From NCBI GenBank assembly GCA_965202585.1, contig OZ241832.1:6262001-6326000 (forward strand): a DNA stretch of 64,000 nucleotides, read 5' to 3'. The position numbers and the translations under genes were made by a program. Positions 38,416-52,793 of the stretch are shown piece after piece (position 1 is the first letter of the stretch; each line of letters starts with the position of its first letter). A model generated the notes under the pieces. It was not told the origin of the DNA, did no database searches, and saw only the letters and a list, made by a program, of their open reading frames with translations. This DNA is from Thalia democratica (Eukaryota).

Positions 38416-41400
38416 AATTAAATGAAATTAGTTCAGCCATCAACCTCGTTAGTCACCTATTGTTTTACATATACATAGAAAACAGTTCATAGATCTAACT
38501 GATGTACTTCTTAATGACAGAAAATGAACCAAATAAAATGATTACTATCAAATACAGGTTCTTTAAATGTTTACATGGACAAATCTATTTATATGATTGA
38601 ACTGTGTTCTAAATACATTCAAACAATAGCCGCTTAACTTGCTTGTGTAAATTAACTTTACTTGGTAATCTTTTCAAAACAGTATAAAATTTAATTAATC
38701 AAAAATAAGTATGCACTTGAGATTTAGATATTCTTGTCAAAAATTGTATTTAAATTGTCACACACTCTTTATAGCTTTATTTAAATTCAATTTTATACTG
38801 TTCCTACTACAAGATATCATACTATTGTATTTTTCATAATAACTTGACTATTTAACAAACAGTTATCTCTTTACCTATTAAAAACATATGCTTTTTATGC
38901 ACTGTTACTAGAACTACTCACTGGTGTATTTTATTAACTTTATATTTTTACTAATAGACTTGAAATTAGACTGTCTAGTGCATTAATCATTGAACTCAGA
39001 CAGCTTATTAAGTTTACATATAAACTAAAGGTGTTTACTATTTTGAATTCATCAATACATTGTTACAAACTAAAACAATCAAACCATACTACTTTATGTG
39101 ACTGATTTTCCTGTTGTTCATTTCAAAATTTGTTTCAAAACTACCTGCATCTTAAATACTCTGCAGATAACATCATTTAAAACTTTTATACTATTCCCAA
39201 AATTTAGTCTTAACACAAGTACATTGAGTTTTTAACCATATTTAATGTTGTTTCATTAGCATTAAACCTTTTAATTTTCTAACAAATGATCTATCTTTGA
39301 CACATACATAGAAAACAGTACAGCAAGTTTTTGATTAAAGCTTGTTAGTGCACTTATATGAACAAAAGAAATTTTTGATAGATAAAAGACTAGAAAGAAG
39401 TTAGTGATAGAAGAACAGAAAAATTTTAAACAAAAGTAAACTTCATACACATATGAGTAACAACCTTTAAATTTTGCTTGCTGTGAACTGCTTTGTAAGT
39501 ATATATGAATGCAAACTTAAAATTTGGAACATTTTTCCATTTTCCTTTACTAAAAAACCTATTCCTGATATGGTTTAATTGGTTTCTTTTGTAAACAATT
39601 CAATAAAACAGTTAGCTTTTGAAACTTATAGAGAAGTACTACAATTTTGTTTTAAAATCGCTATTGCTACTTATCTTACATGCACATTTTAAAATGTACT
39701 TCTTATTGCAATTGATTAATCTAAAAATTTGTAAACTACATTAATACAATCTGAATTTAAATTCTATGCTGTAAATAAACTTCTACACTTAGCTTGCTGT
39801 CTATATGGGCTTCATTTATGAATATAATACATCTTTAAACAATCTTATAAAATTAAACACAAGTGTTGCTACTTATTAATGATCTTATTCACATTTGAGT
39901 CTAATTTAAGTTTACTGTTAAGGTAGCCTATTAATTTTAGGAGTACAATGATATGTTTATGATATTTAACATTTGGTCATTATAAACCAAGGTTACCAAT
40001 CTTTGAATAGAAAATGCTTGTCTGAATTATTTGTGTAAAATTTAAAAAAAAAGTGTTAACATATAAAAGCTTAACAAGTTTGAAGTTATTCAGGCCAGAG
40101 TACTCAAAGACTTACAATGCTAACAAAAGGTCTCAATTAACATACAAAAATTTAATGACAACAAAGGGTTTAAAATTTACTTATTTTTACTACTGAACAC
40201 CTAACTAGTCTGATTGGTAACCTTGGCGAAAACAATTAGTTAATTCTAGGAGTAATTTTATCTAATACATCAAACTAACCTCAACAACTGCTACTGTAGT
40301 AGGTACTCCCCATCCAATTGGATCCATGTTCAAAATAGTGTAATCCATTTATAAAACTTAACATGAAGGAAAAAGTCACAGTTACAACTTATAAAGACAC
40401 AACCTTTGAAACAAACTGAGAAGTTTTAAGACTTTGCAAAGGCTTAGAAAAATTTTATTTTTGCTCAGCTTACTTTACAATGATGTTTCAATCTTAACTT
40501 TTGGCAAAATTATACAGATTGCAAGAGATGCTAGTTTTTAAAGCCTCTTGGTTTCATTCTAGCATCATGTAAGTGCATTCAGACTAATTGACTTTTCTGA
40601 ACATGACATGCTAGTTTGTAGTAAAAATTTTCACAAATTTTAGACTAAAGATTGTTTTTGTGACTAAGATTGTTTCATTCGTATGCTTAATGAAAAATAA
40701 GAATATAAAATTAAGAGCTTTGTCAAAGGTTTTGCAAAAGATAAATAAAATTTATTATCAACAAACACTTCAAAGACTGTTGATTCTTAACTAGATCAAC
40801 ACACTTCTTAAAATTAATCAGTAAGTATAAAGAAATTAATGTTTTAGAAGATAAAATGAAAAACAACCATCAATTATAAGATTTGTATTAAACAATATTG
40901 ACAGTTAATAGATGAAGTACTTTGTTTAGTGTACTCAAACTGCACAATGAAAGAAAGAAAGAAAAGTTAAGTCCAGAGCCTAGAGCTCCTTCTTCTACAA
41001 CTACTTTTATCAAATGAGTTTGCCCAGGCAAAAATTTTTTCTACAAAATGCTATCTTGTTGTGATGTCACATTAAAATGTAAGATTTTCTAGAATTCTTA
41101 AAAAACTACAAATCGAAACACTATCTGAGCATAGCAGAGCGATTTTTGACATTTTCGAACACAAAGTATTATTTATTTGACGTAGTGCTAAACATTACAA
41201 ATTTTTTCCTTTGTAAAAGCTAAAATTACTTGTTTAAATTGTTTAAACCTTATTTTAATTTGACGATTCTTTTATTTATTCTTTTCATAGATTTTTTTCT
41301 TAAGTTTTAGTTTTTTTACCGTATAAGTGATACTTGGTTAAACATATTAGTTAGAATTGAAGTTAAAAAAATCATTATGCTCATATAAACTACAATCGAC

Positions 41401-43477
41401 AACATTTAAATAGTATATAAAACAAGTGCTTAACTCTAAATTCTACAAAACTGCTTTTAACTTATTTTAAAATTGTTTATCACTTAATAATTTGTTCAAG
41501 ATGAATTATGTGTATTTTAGAAACCTTTATACATCAGCTTATAGCACTACATATAAAGCTTTGTAAACTCATTTTAGTTAAATTTTAGTTTAAAAAGTTT
41601 TGCCATGTTTGCCAAAAACTACAGAGTTTTCGTAGTCATTGATAAAACAACTTGTTCAACTTTAAATTTGAAGCAAATAGATAAAAAACCATATTGTGCA
41701 TAGTGATTGAAAGCTTAACAAAGACACTGTAATAATAACATTTATGAATGACTGAAAAAAACTTTGCTTGTATTGATTATAGCAAAAAAATCCATATGTC
41801 ACATCAAGAAAAAAAAAACAGTTTAATAATCTATGATTCCCTCTCACAAAATTGTTAGCATGTTCACTGTTTTGAACCTTACATGTTAAATAAAAGCTGA
41901 TCATGCCATTTCAATGTTTTTTTTACTATGAAATATAAAGAAATCCTTACTTAAATAATACCTTCATTCTATTAAGATGTTTTAATTATTTTCAAATAAA
42001 CAAGCAATAGGTAAGATGTCAAGTGTATTCACTGACTTGATTTCTTTTTTGTCTTAAGTACTAATTTATTACACTAGCATTAAATGTAATACTGTTTTTT
42101 TTTAATTTACTAAATAAATAATGTCACATAAATAAATGATAAGTTCCTGAAACAACTCAAACTAATGATCTCAACATACAACTTTGTTTTTTTACATTTG
42201 AAAACAGTATAGTCTTAAGTTAAAAATATGTTGTTACAATGAAAATATGGTCAACTGTTGTTATAATTGAACAATGAGTTTCAAGCAGCTTTAAGCCACA
42301 AGGAAGATGGTAGCAAAACTGATCAGTTTAAATTTTCCTCAAGTTAGTTAAATGTTTTATTTAACTAACAGATTAATAATTACTAAACAAGTTTTTCAAT
42401 AGACTGCTGTAAAATATTCTCATGTAGCTAGAACAAGTTATATCTTAAAGCTGTTCTATATTTGGAAAGTTTTAATTGTGTTCTTTTTTATAACTTCCAA
42501 CAATAGACTAAAGTAGTAGTTGAAAAATTTGCAAAATTTAATTTTTCAAATGTTTTTATATCAAATAATTTGTTCTAAAACAGGTGTACAGTCTTGCAGA
42601 TTTAACAAGCAAAAGAAAAACTAAACTTACCAAACCAAGCTATGAAAAAGAACAGCTGATCAACATCATTTAGTTTCAATGAAAACCTTATCCCAAAATA
42701 ACCTTTGCAATGGTTAGTTTCAAGTATAAACCTAATAAGTTTGAAAGCTCTAAACAAAAAAGATTTAATAAAAATTTATTCCAATGTCTTAATAGTATAA
42801 CTTGAAAGTTTACTTTAAAGTTATTTCACAGAACATTACATTAACTTAAAACTACTTAAAGTTCCTTTGAAAATGTCTGTATCTCACAAACTAGTAAATG
42901 TAAATTTTTTAAATAATTTTGATTTGGTGTAAAACACATCACTGCAAAGAAAATTTTATCTTTAGACAGTACTCTTAGAAATTTTTTTAATTCAAATAAG
43001 TTTAAACTTTATACAAAGGTTATATTAGTTTCTATAAAATTCAGTATACAACTATAACCTAATCTAGTTCAACAAAAAAAAATTGCCTCAATTTTTTCTA
43101 TATTTGTTGGTTATAATTAAAGTTAATTGAGTTTAGATAGTGAAACTGATTCTTTTACAAAATAACAGCTTTAAATAAACTTTTTCAAAACTAGACTAGT
43201 TTTGTGATTTATGTTAGATTTTTTTGCTAGTTCCTAAATGCATTTAACTATTTAATATTTTGTCTGTTAATTTACATTGCATTAGACTTGGTTTTTATGC
43301 AAACCTCTTTTGCACAGTATTCAAGAAACTAAACTCAGATTTAGACTAGCTTGTAACATACATGATTTCTACAACTATGAAATGATCAAAAAAAAAATAA
43401 ATACGTTGTAAGTATATTCAAATAGGTATTTTGTACAATATCAAATGTTTAATAAAAATAAATTATAATTTGTCTTA
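38416..43477 (+). pseudogene. Unit 2 copy of decayed LRR block 2
   Basis: Same sequence as 12039-17100 at +26377. Confidence 0.6.
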
Positions 43478-43807
43478 AGTAGTGTGGGTAATTTCTGTTG
43501 TTTGTACTATATATTAAAAAACATTTCAATCCTACTTTTAGATGCTACTCTTGTAGAAAATAAAAGTCTGGCCATCTGATAAAAATATGTGCTAAAAAAT
43601 ATTTACAATCAAAACACAACAACATTTTCTGAAAGAATTCTGCAATTATTCTAAAGTTAGTTTTTGAAATACACACTTAAAGATTGTTGTTTAAAGTAAA
43701 TACAAAAATACTTACTACTTTAGGAGCTTTTATAACTTCATATGTATTTTTCTTAACTTTCTTATAAATAAAAACAAAATAAAAGTCTTAATCTAGCAAA
43801 TTTTCAG

Positions 43808-43959
43808 GCAACACAAATCAAGTGTGAAAGTGAATTTGAGTGGGCATGGGGAAATGCAGTCCAAGATGTTCTGTGAACGACCATGCACTTGATTGCAGTG
43901 ATGGAGTAGTGACCTACGTATCAATTCGAAAGACCAAAGCCATCTTGGAAGATTGGAAG
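43808..43959 (+). pseudogene. Unit 2 copy of the orphan exon-like segment
   Basis: Same sequence at +26377. Confidence 0.45.
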
Positions 43960-44366
43960 GTGAACTGAAGGACAAATTATTAAATGATCAACTCAATAAA
44001 TAGAGTTTGCATAATATGAACAGAACTTTTTTCATTTATTTATAAGCAGTAGGCTAGTATTTATTTTTCATCTCAGTAGGTATTTGTATGTTTTTGAGTG
44101 TTTTAATTGGATCAGTCTAGTTTATAGAAATTTTTAATATGTTTTTTTTCTCTGTTTACAGTTTGTTAGTGTATCAGTAAACAATTTCATTCAATAGTCT
44201 ACATTTCATCTGTGTAAATAAAATTATAAATTTCTATATAAATTTTTGCTAGAGAAAAAGAAAGATAAATATATAAATCATAAGCTGAAACTACTGATAA
44301 AATTTCAAACTAGTAATAGGTAGACTTATTTTATGATTACTATTGTTTTTTATTTTTTTAATTTAA

Positions 44367-44997
44367 TTTTTATTTATTAACCATTACAAGTGTTTCTTTG
44401 TGATTGTTTATTTTGTTATTTAGTTTTAGTTAAACTCCTATTTTTAGATATTTACACAAATTTGAAAAAATAAACTGATAGTTTTAATTGAAAGGATATA
44501 TTTATTTTATACTTTTTGTTTAGTTTAGTGAAACTCTTTTGTTTTTTTTGGATACAGCTTTGTTTTGCTTTTTTATTTAATTTTTAAATATTGCAGCTTG
44601 ATTTTTTTTTTAATGTTATAGCGCTCTATTTTATTGTTACTTATTTTAACAAGTTGAAATAAGTTAATAGTTGAATCCAAATTGTTAAACGAACTTTTTA
44701 AAACTTCCACTTTTTTTTTGTTCAAGCCATATAAAAGGTTATACTGTTTGCTAAAGTTATTGATAAATTTTAAAGTTAGAAACATTTCAGATTGTAACTT
44801 TACCTTCTAACGTAGAATTCAATATATACATTATGAGTGTATAATGGTAGATACGATTATATGAAACTTATTATTGATTTGGATATTTTGTTTACAAAAA
44901 TATTTAATGTTGCAAAGTTTCATAGATGTTTTCGTTTTAGAGTTTAAACTTTGACTGTAAAGTTTTTTCTTTCAGTTTTTATCTAATTATAATTTTG
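44367..44997 (-). pseudogene. Unit 2 copy of the inverted LRR fragment
   Basis: ORF 44573-44785 is identical to 18196-18408. Confidence 0.5.
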
Positions 44998-45580
44998 ATT
45001 AAAGTTGGGTATGGAACTCGATGACCGAGAGGTCTTTTTTGTGTATCCAGGTCCTTTAACCAAAAAATTATAAACAGTTTTTCGTTTTGTATTTTTTTTT
45101 GTATTGAATTTTGTACCATTTATTTTTATTTTAAAATCAAACTTTACTAGGGTTTTTTGCTAACTGTAGTATGAAATAATTTACACTTAACTACTACTTA
45201 ACAACTAACTAAAACTTAAAAAAATATTTTTAATAAGTTTTAAATTATAACCAGTAAGCAGGAAAGACTTTGAAATAAAAGTTAGTATAAAAAAACATAC
45301 AAATAACTTTTTTTAAATAGTTTTCATTAGAAAGTTTAAGAGCATGTTTCACACTTGTCATATTTATTTTAAATAGGTAAAAGTATCATTATAAAAATTA
45401 GTTATAGTTAGAAAAAAAAATGTTCAGTTAAGTTACAACTTAACTTAAAACACTTTATATTTTTCTACACATTTAACCATAATTAAGTTTATGTTTATTA
45501 TAAGTTTGACTAGTGTAATTATGTTACTATTACAACTTATTATTTAATTTATATTATTTTTAAGTATCTAGTTTTTAAAA

Positions 45581-45944
45581 CAAGTTGCAATATAAAACGG
45601 CAGGTCTGCTCGTAAGTACAGACTAGCCACTAGATTTTATGAATTTTTCAAAAATTTTGAAAGTACACATTTATTGGTCTATTTTAAATTCAAAATTAAG
45701 TTTAAGTTCAAATACTGTGTTTAATGCTATTTTAAATGAGTTTTTAAATGTGAAAAACTTTGAGACAAAAAATATTATAGATTTTTTATGTCAAGTCAAA
45801 ATTTTACTACTTAACATGTAATAATGTTTAAAATTCATGGTTTTTTAGTAATTTTTGTTCAAATTTTCTCAGGTTCAAGATTTTTTTTACCTAAATTAAC
45901 AGAATCCAGGTTTTTCCAGGATTCAAAGTTAAGTCGCCACCTTG
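45581..45944. mobile_element. Unit 2 copy of the degenerate MITE
   Basis: Same sequence at +26377. Confidence 0.55.
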
Positions 45945-47068
45945 TATGTATTATATTTAGTCAGGGCTTAACTAGTGTATTTGGAAGTGGTATTCATTGT
46001 TGATCATTTAACTTTATGTTAATCGAGATTTTCTCACACAACTTATTAATCAATGCTTTGCTCTGATTAACTTTCGTTCATGTTTTTATTAAGTTTACTC
46101 CAAGATAGCTTTATTCAATATATTAGTTCAAAGTTCTAACTTTTTCAAATTGCAAATTTATTTTAATTAAAAACTACTTCAATAATGTTTAATGCGTCAG
46201 TGAAAAGTATAAGAATAATACAAGGTTCACATATACTCATTTTCATAAACTCCCCCTCGGCAACAAGTTTAAAAATGTTAAGTCTTTTACTAGTTATTTA
46301 CTTTTTTAATATTCATTCAATCACCATTTAGTGTTGCCTGATGATTAAAATAAACCAAGAGGGTTATATAATGTGTTTCAGGAAACTTTGAAAAAGCTAG
46401 CGAGCTCAACGAACATTTTCATATATAAACTTTATTGTCTTATTTAACTAAACTTTGTTTTCTCTTTAACATTTAAATCTACAGAAAGTGCTACCATAGA
46501 CAAGGACATACTTTTGCCAAATTTAAATTTTAACGCGATTTTCTAAATAGCGTTAAGGATTTAAATATGCAAAGTTATAATGTAATCATTGATATCAAAA
46601 TCAATTTAGCAATATATCATTCGTTGAAAATCTTCAAGCTATAATATTTAACTAAAGTTTCTATGAATTTAATTGAGCGATGTTTTCCAACGATTGCTTA
46701 TTTTAACAAATTTCACAGTTCATAGTTGTAATTTTTCCGAACCCAGAGACAGTTTTTTTATTAAGAATTTTGCTAAACAACCAAGGTGTTCATTGCATTA
46801 TAAAATATGTTTATTTGTAAGCTTTATTAAACATATTTTTGTCATCTGCCGCTAGGCAAAAGTCAAAAAATAATTGCTCCGTTATCAGACATAGCCTTTT
46901 TTAGAGAAAACTACTTATTTAATTTCCTCTTTGCTAGACAGTTATCCTGATAACAAAAACTGACGCAAAAGGGTCGTTGCCTGATAAAGCTAGAGAAATT
47001 TTTATAAGTTTGTATGTCTAGATAACATAATACTGTATTTTGAAATGTTTACATTTTAATCTTTACAG

Positions 47069-48478
47069 GAAACTTCAATATGGACGAGAACGAACTTGAG
47101 TCGTCAATAAAACTAAACAAAATTTTGCTTAACGAAATTGAAGATAATAAAATAAAAGCATAAACTATGATGTCCAAAACCGATGTGACAAATTTTTTAG
47201 TAACATATTCCTCTTCTACTATTTTCAAGCTGTTAAATTCATCTAAAGCTTCCATGAGCCTTATAAAACGCTGTTTCCAATGATTAGTGATTCAGACAAT
47301 TTTTTGGAGTTAGATTTTATCTCTATTACAATTATACTTTCACGCAGTGCTTTAAACATTGATTCAGAACTGCAAGTATTTAATGCACTTCATAGCTGGA
47401 TATGTCATGACATAACTGAACGTAGGAAGTATGCGAAACAACTTTTATCTAAGGTTCGGCTTCCGCTTCTGTCTATTCCTGCATTAAAGCAAATTTTAGA
47501 CAGAGTATCATCAAATTATTATGAATGTAGTAACTTAATCGAAGCTGTATTAAACAGAAAAAAGCTGTTAAACTCAAACATATGTAATATCACAAGCAGG
47601 TACTTCAACCAAACTAATTTTAACATATTACTGTGTGGGGGCAAAAATGTTAACCTAAATAAAGTTTCTAATGATGTTAAGTTATTTAATGCAAACAACT
47701 TTAGGGAGGTCAATTATTTGCCACACATGAAAGAAGCCAGATGCAATTTCGGAGCAGTTTGTATAAAAAGTGAAATTTATGTGTTCGGTGGCATTGATTC
47801 TTCTTTAGAACAAAAAATGTCAGTTGAAAAATACTCAATGTTACCAATACTTGAGAACAAATAATTAACATGGTAGATGATCGCATCTTGTTTTCTGCTT
47901 GTTCTTTTATGGATAATGTTTATATCCTTGGCGGCCGTATAAATAGTGCTATAGGAATCTACAAAACAGCAACTTGTTTTCAGTTTAATGTAACTAGTCT
48001 GAAATGGAAAGACGTATTAAGAATGAACAACGCAAGAATTCTTTCAGCTTGCTCGTTATTTGAAGAAAGAATAATTGTATCTGGTGGAATGTAAAGTGAT
48101 GATAGTTTAAACACTGTTGAAGCTTATGACCCTATTGGAGGTACTTGGAAAAACATGCCAAATATGATTATTGAAAGAGATGGTCACAAATCAGTTGCAG
48201 TGAAAAACAAACTTTTTGTAATTGGCGGATCTTTTGCAAACAATTGTGAAGTTTTTGATTCAACTATTAATAAGTTTACTCTGTTAAAACAGCCTACGCT
48301 AGCTTCTGGATTTAATTTATATGACCCTTCTGGAGTGATTACAATTGGCAGTAAGATTGTTGTTTTTCAGTTTAACAGTGATGTCAAAACCTACGATACT
48401 ATTAACAATGAATGGTCAAAAAAAAAATTTGAATCAACAGAAAGTATAGAATATTTTTCTTTGGTGAAATGTTTCTGA
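47069..48478 (+). pseudogene. Unit 2 copy of BACK-Kelch pseudogene A
   Basis: Same lesions; one SNP at 47845. Confidence 0.9.
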
Positions 48479-49403
48479 AACCTTAAAGAGAACTTTTTAA
48501 TAAAACTCAGTAAAAAAAAAAACGAGTACAGTTTTTTCAATCATTGATTTAATTTTGTTGATATCTACTGTTTAAACGTGATGTAGATACTGGGTAGAAT
48601 TAAAAGAAAAACAAGAAACTATTAACGTTATTTTGAAATCTTTCAAGATTTAAACTTAAATAATGTTTAAGTTATGCGAAATTTTTAGTATTTTTAAACA
48701 AATCTTCCTTAAATATTTTCTTATACAAACATTTTCTTATTTAGATAATTTATTAAATTTTAAGGTGCACTATATTAAACGATTTTTATTAAAACATAAC
48801 AATTTATTCTCTACTTCAAATACGTTTTTTAAACGTAAATAATTAATTTGTTTTAGATTTTTTAGACCAACTAAGTTTTTTACAGTCAACGATTTATAAA
48901 CTTTATTGGTTTTTACTAGTCATACTAGAAAAAATTTTGAAAAACACGATAAAAATACTTTTAAAAAATACTTTGCTCTAGTATTAACCTTTAACTGTAA
49001 TAAGTATGTTGAATATTTATACCGACACTAAGGTTTGCTTAAATTTACAGATTATATCAAGACATATCAATCAACTAATAACCAAAGTAAAAAATCTTTA
49101 TTGAACTGTTAGTGAACTAATAACATTAATATATACTTTTAAAAAATGCAGTTTTCATCTATAAACAAGACCAGCTGCAGTCATCAAAATTTATGCAAAT
49201 TCGTATGCAACAAAATCGAATGATAATGACAAGTATATATATTTTTTTGATTTTTTTTCTAAACTTACAAACACTTAAAACTAAACACATCCATCGTTTC
49301 TGGGCAGCAAATTTGACCAAGCATAACACCAAAAATAACGGTGTATAAGGAAATAATCTGACAAACGAGTTTTCAGTAGCATACTCAAACTAGTATTAAG
49401 AAA

Positions 49404-50204
49404 ATCGATATAAAAATTTGTTTAGTAACACATTTAATCATCAAATATTTTCAATCTATCAAACTCATCAAAGTTTCCATTTGAGCGCTGTTTTCCAACG
49501 GCTTCTGATTCTGAAAATTTTTTAGAGTTAGACTTTAACTCTGTTAGAAGAACACTTATAAGCAATGAATTAAACGTTGATACAGAGCTGCAAGTATTTA
49601 ATGCAGCAGATAGATGGTTGTGTCATGCCTTAACTGAACGTAGAAAATACGCAAAAACTCTTTTGTCTAAAGTTCGACTTCACCTTCTTTCAGTTCCTGC
49701 ATTAGAACAAGTTTTTGAAAGAGTATCATCAAAATATCATGAATATGCTCACGTTATTAAAGCAGTTTTAGACAATAAACAACAACTAAACTCAATCAGC
49801 TGCAATATTACAATTAGGTATTGCAACCAAACTAGTTTTAACATATTAGTTTGTGGAGGAGCAAATTATTTCCTAGATAAAGTTTTTAATGATGTTAAGT
49901 TTTTTAGTGCAAACAATTTTAGTGAATTCAGTAATTTGCCACAAATGAGAGAATGTTGAAAATCTTTTGGAGCAGTTTATATTAAAGGTGAAGTTTATGT
50001 GTTTGGTGGCGATGATGGTAAACAAGTTGAAAAGTATTCCCATTTAACCAACACTTGGGAACATGTATCTGACATGATAGATGATCGTATGTTTTTTTTC
50101 TGTTTGTTCTTTTATAGATAGTGTATATATTATGAGCGGTCTTATGGGTGAGGCTACAGGAGGGAACGATACAGCAACTTGTTTTGAGTTAAATACAAAA
50201 AGTC
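49404..50204 (+). pseudogene. Unit 2 copy of BACK-Kelch pseudogene B
   Basis: ORF 49618-49959 is identical to 23241-23582. Confidence 0.88.
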
Positions 50205-50259
50205 CCATTTTTATGGTTTTATAAACTTATAGATTTTATAGTCATTTTAAACCTTAAAA

Positions 50260-50547
50260 ATGTCAAAAAATCTCAAAAGATTAACGCAAAACGAAGCAAA
50301 AGATGAAAAAAGTTGCTTGGAAGAGCCAAGTAGAAAGACAACAAGACTCGAACATATCACACAAAATATATTCGAGTCGCTAACAAATCCTGTCAACCAA
50401 AACAGTCCTGAATTTGTTATGTTGAACAAGAAAGCAACTTTTGAAAAGCTGAACGGCAAAGTGTTTGATAAAGTTAAAGACTTCGAGAAGCAAGGTTTTC
50501 TATTTTTATGTTTAAACATACTTTATCTAAAATATTGTAAATTATAG
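50260..50547 (+). CDS. Unit 2 copy of the orphan ORF (A>D variant)
   Basis: One SNP at 50480. Confidence 0.35.
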   Translation: MSKNLKRLTQNEAKDEKSCLEEPSRKTTRLEHITQNIFESLTNPVNQNSPEFVMLNKKATFEKLNGKVFDKVKDFEKQGFLFLCLNILYLKYCKL

Positions 50548-51561
50548 AGTAATTTTAATCTAGTTGAAAATTTAATATAATTTTTCAAATTTAATAAATT
50601 TTTACAGCAGTTAATTGAATATAACAAGTAACTGTTTTTGTTAGTTAAAAGCGACTTCAATAATGTTTAATGGGTTAGTGAAAAATATAAGATTAATTCT
50701 GGGTTTTAACTCATTTTCATAAATGCTCCCTCGGCAACAAGTTCAAAAATATTAGCTCTTTTACTAGTTATATACCTTATTAATTTTCGTTTATCTACCA
50801 GTTAGTGTTGCCTAACATTATCTTAATCTAAAAGGGTGATATCGTCTATTTTACAACACTCTAAAAAGCTCGAAAGTTTAATAAACGTTTTTATATTTAA
50901 AAAATATGCTTAACTTTCATTTTCTTATTTAAAGTATAAATTCTACAGAAAACCCTATTATTGACAAAAACATACTTTTGCCAAATGTAACTTTTAATGC
51001 TATTTTCTAAACGATGTTAACAATTTAAATATGCAAAATTTCAAATAAATAAAAAAATAGTTAAAATTAGAAATGAAAAACAGTTTAGCAACATAATATT
51101 CGTCGAAAATTTTAAAGATATTAATTATAGCTAAAGTTTCTATGAACTTAATTCAGAGATGTTTGCAAACGATTACTTATACTAACAAATGGTACAGTTC
51201 ATGATTGTAACTTTTTAAAACCCAGAAACACTTTTAATTTATATAGAACGTTGCTAAATAAAAAATTAAGATGTTCATTGCAGTATAAAAAGTATTATAC
51301 TAAACAAATGTTACGAATCAAGTTTCATTTATTTCTCGCTAGGCAAAAGTCTATAAATAATCACCCGTTTTATCACATATAGCTCTTTTGATGTTAAACT
51401 TTAAAAAAAACAAATCACAGGCATTTGCTAATTGGTTGCCCTAATTGTAAAAATCGAGGAAAAGTCGACATTGTTTAATAAGGCTAGAAACCTTGATATA
51501 AATTTATATAGTTTGAATAGTAAAGTATTATATTTAGTATTCTTAATTGTTATTTTTACAG

Positions 51562-52480
51562 AAAAGAGGTCGAGCTTGTGATGTCAATGAAACTTAACAA
51601 AGTTTTACTTAACGAAGTTGAAGATAATGAAATAAACGAAGTTATGATGTCCAAAACTGATATAAAAAATTGTTTAGTAACACATTGCTCATCAAATATT
51701 TTAAAGCTTTCGAATTCATCTAAAAATTTTATGAACCTTATTGAGCGCTGTTTTCCAATGGCTTCTGATTCTGATAATTTTCTAGAGTTAGACTCTAACT
51801 CTGTTAAAAGAACACTTTTAAGCAATGAATTAAACGTTGATACAGAGCTGCAAGTATTTAATGCAACAGATAGCTGGTTGTGTCATGCCTTAACTGAACG
51901 TAGAAAATACGCAAAAACTCTTTTGTCTAAAGTTCGACTTCCCCTTCTGTCAGTTCCTGCATTAAAACAAATTTTTGAAAGGGTATCATCAAAATATCAT
52001 GAATGTGCTTACGTTATTAAAGCAGTTTTAGACAATAAACAACAACTAAACTCAATAAGTTGCAATATTACAATTAGGTATTGCAACCAATGTAATTTTA
52101 ACATATTAGTTTGTGGAGGATCAAATTATTGCCTAGATAAAGTTTTTAATGATGTTAAGTTTTTTAGTGCAAACAATTTTAGTGAATTCAGTAATTTGCC
52201 ACAAATGAGAGAATGTCGAAAATCTTTTGGAGCAGTTTATATTAAAGGTGAAGTGTATGTCCTTGGTGGCGATGATGGTAAACAAGTTGAAAAGTATTCC
52301 CATTTAACCAACACTTGGGAACATGTATCTGACATGATAGATGATCGTATGTTTTTTTCTGTTTGTTGTTTTCCTGCATTAAAACAAATTTTTAATGGTG
52401 ACATTATTGAGGCTGTTCAACAAACAACAGCTAAACTCAACTACTTGCGATATCACAACCAGGTACTGCAACCAAAGTAA
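51562..52480 (+). CDS. Unit 2 copy of chimeric BACK-Kelch gene C
   Basis: Identical ORF 51578-52480. Confidence 0.7.
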
Positions 52481-52526
52481 TTTCAACATATTAGCTTGTA
52501 GAGGTGAAAACTGTTACCTAGAGAAA
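52373..52526 (+). pseudogene. Unit 2 copy of fragment D
   Basis: Same sequence at +26377. Confidence 0.8.
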
Positions 52527-52793
52527 CATCGGAGTCTTACAAAGCACTGAACAAGCTCGAATAAGGACAAACTATATTGAAAATGCCGTGTATTTCCAAA
52601 CTGTTCAACAGGAGTCACCACACCTGACACCCAAAAGTTACATGAGCTGCCTTATTTGACGCAAAAAAGTTACGAGCAACAAGCGCCGGCATACCCGATA
52701 AACTCCAACCAAAATCCGTATTTACAACCGAATGACTACGACTCTGTTTGTGATGAGCAACCACCAAACTGTATTTACGAAGACTGCGACTGA
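52527..52793 (+). pseudogene. Terminal exon relic encoding a tyrosine-rich tail (most intact copy)
   Basis: Stop-free frame 52581-52790 (70 codons): KCRVFPNCSTGVTTPDTQKLHELPYLTQKSYEQQAPAYPINSNQNPYLQPNDYDSVCDEQPPNCIYEDCD*. AATAAA at 52814-19. Confidence 0.65.

Larger units (their letters stand above)
26365..52739 (+). repeat. Tandem segmental repeat unit 2, near-identical to unit 1 from ~28147 to 52689
   Basis: The duplicated ORFs are identical except for two visible substitutions (21468 A/47845 C; 24103 C/50480 A). The first ~1.8 kb differs from unit 1 by many SNPs and indels. Confidence 0.97.
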
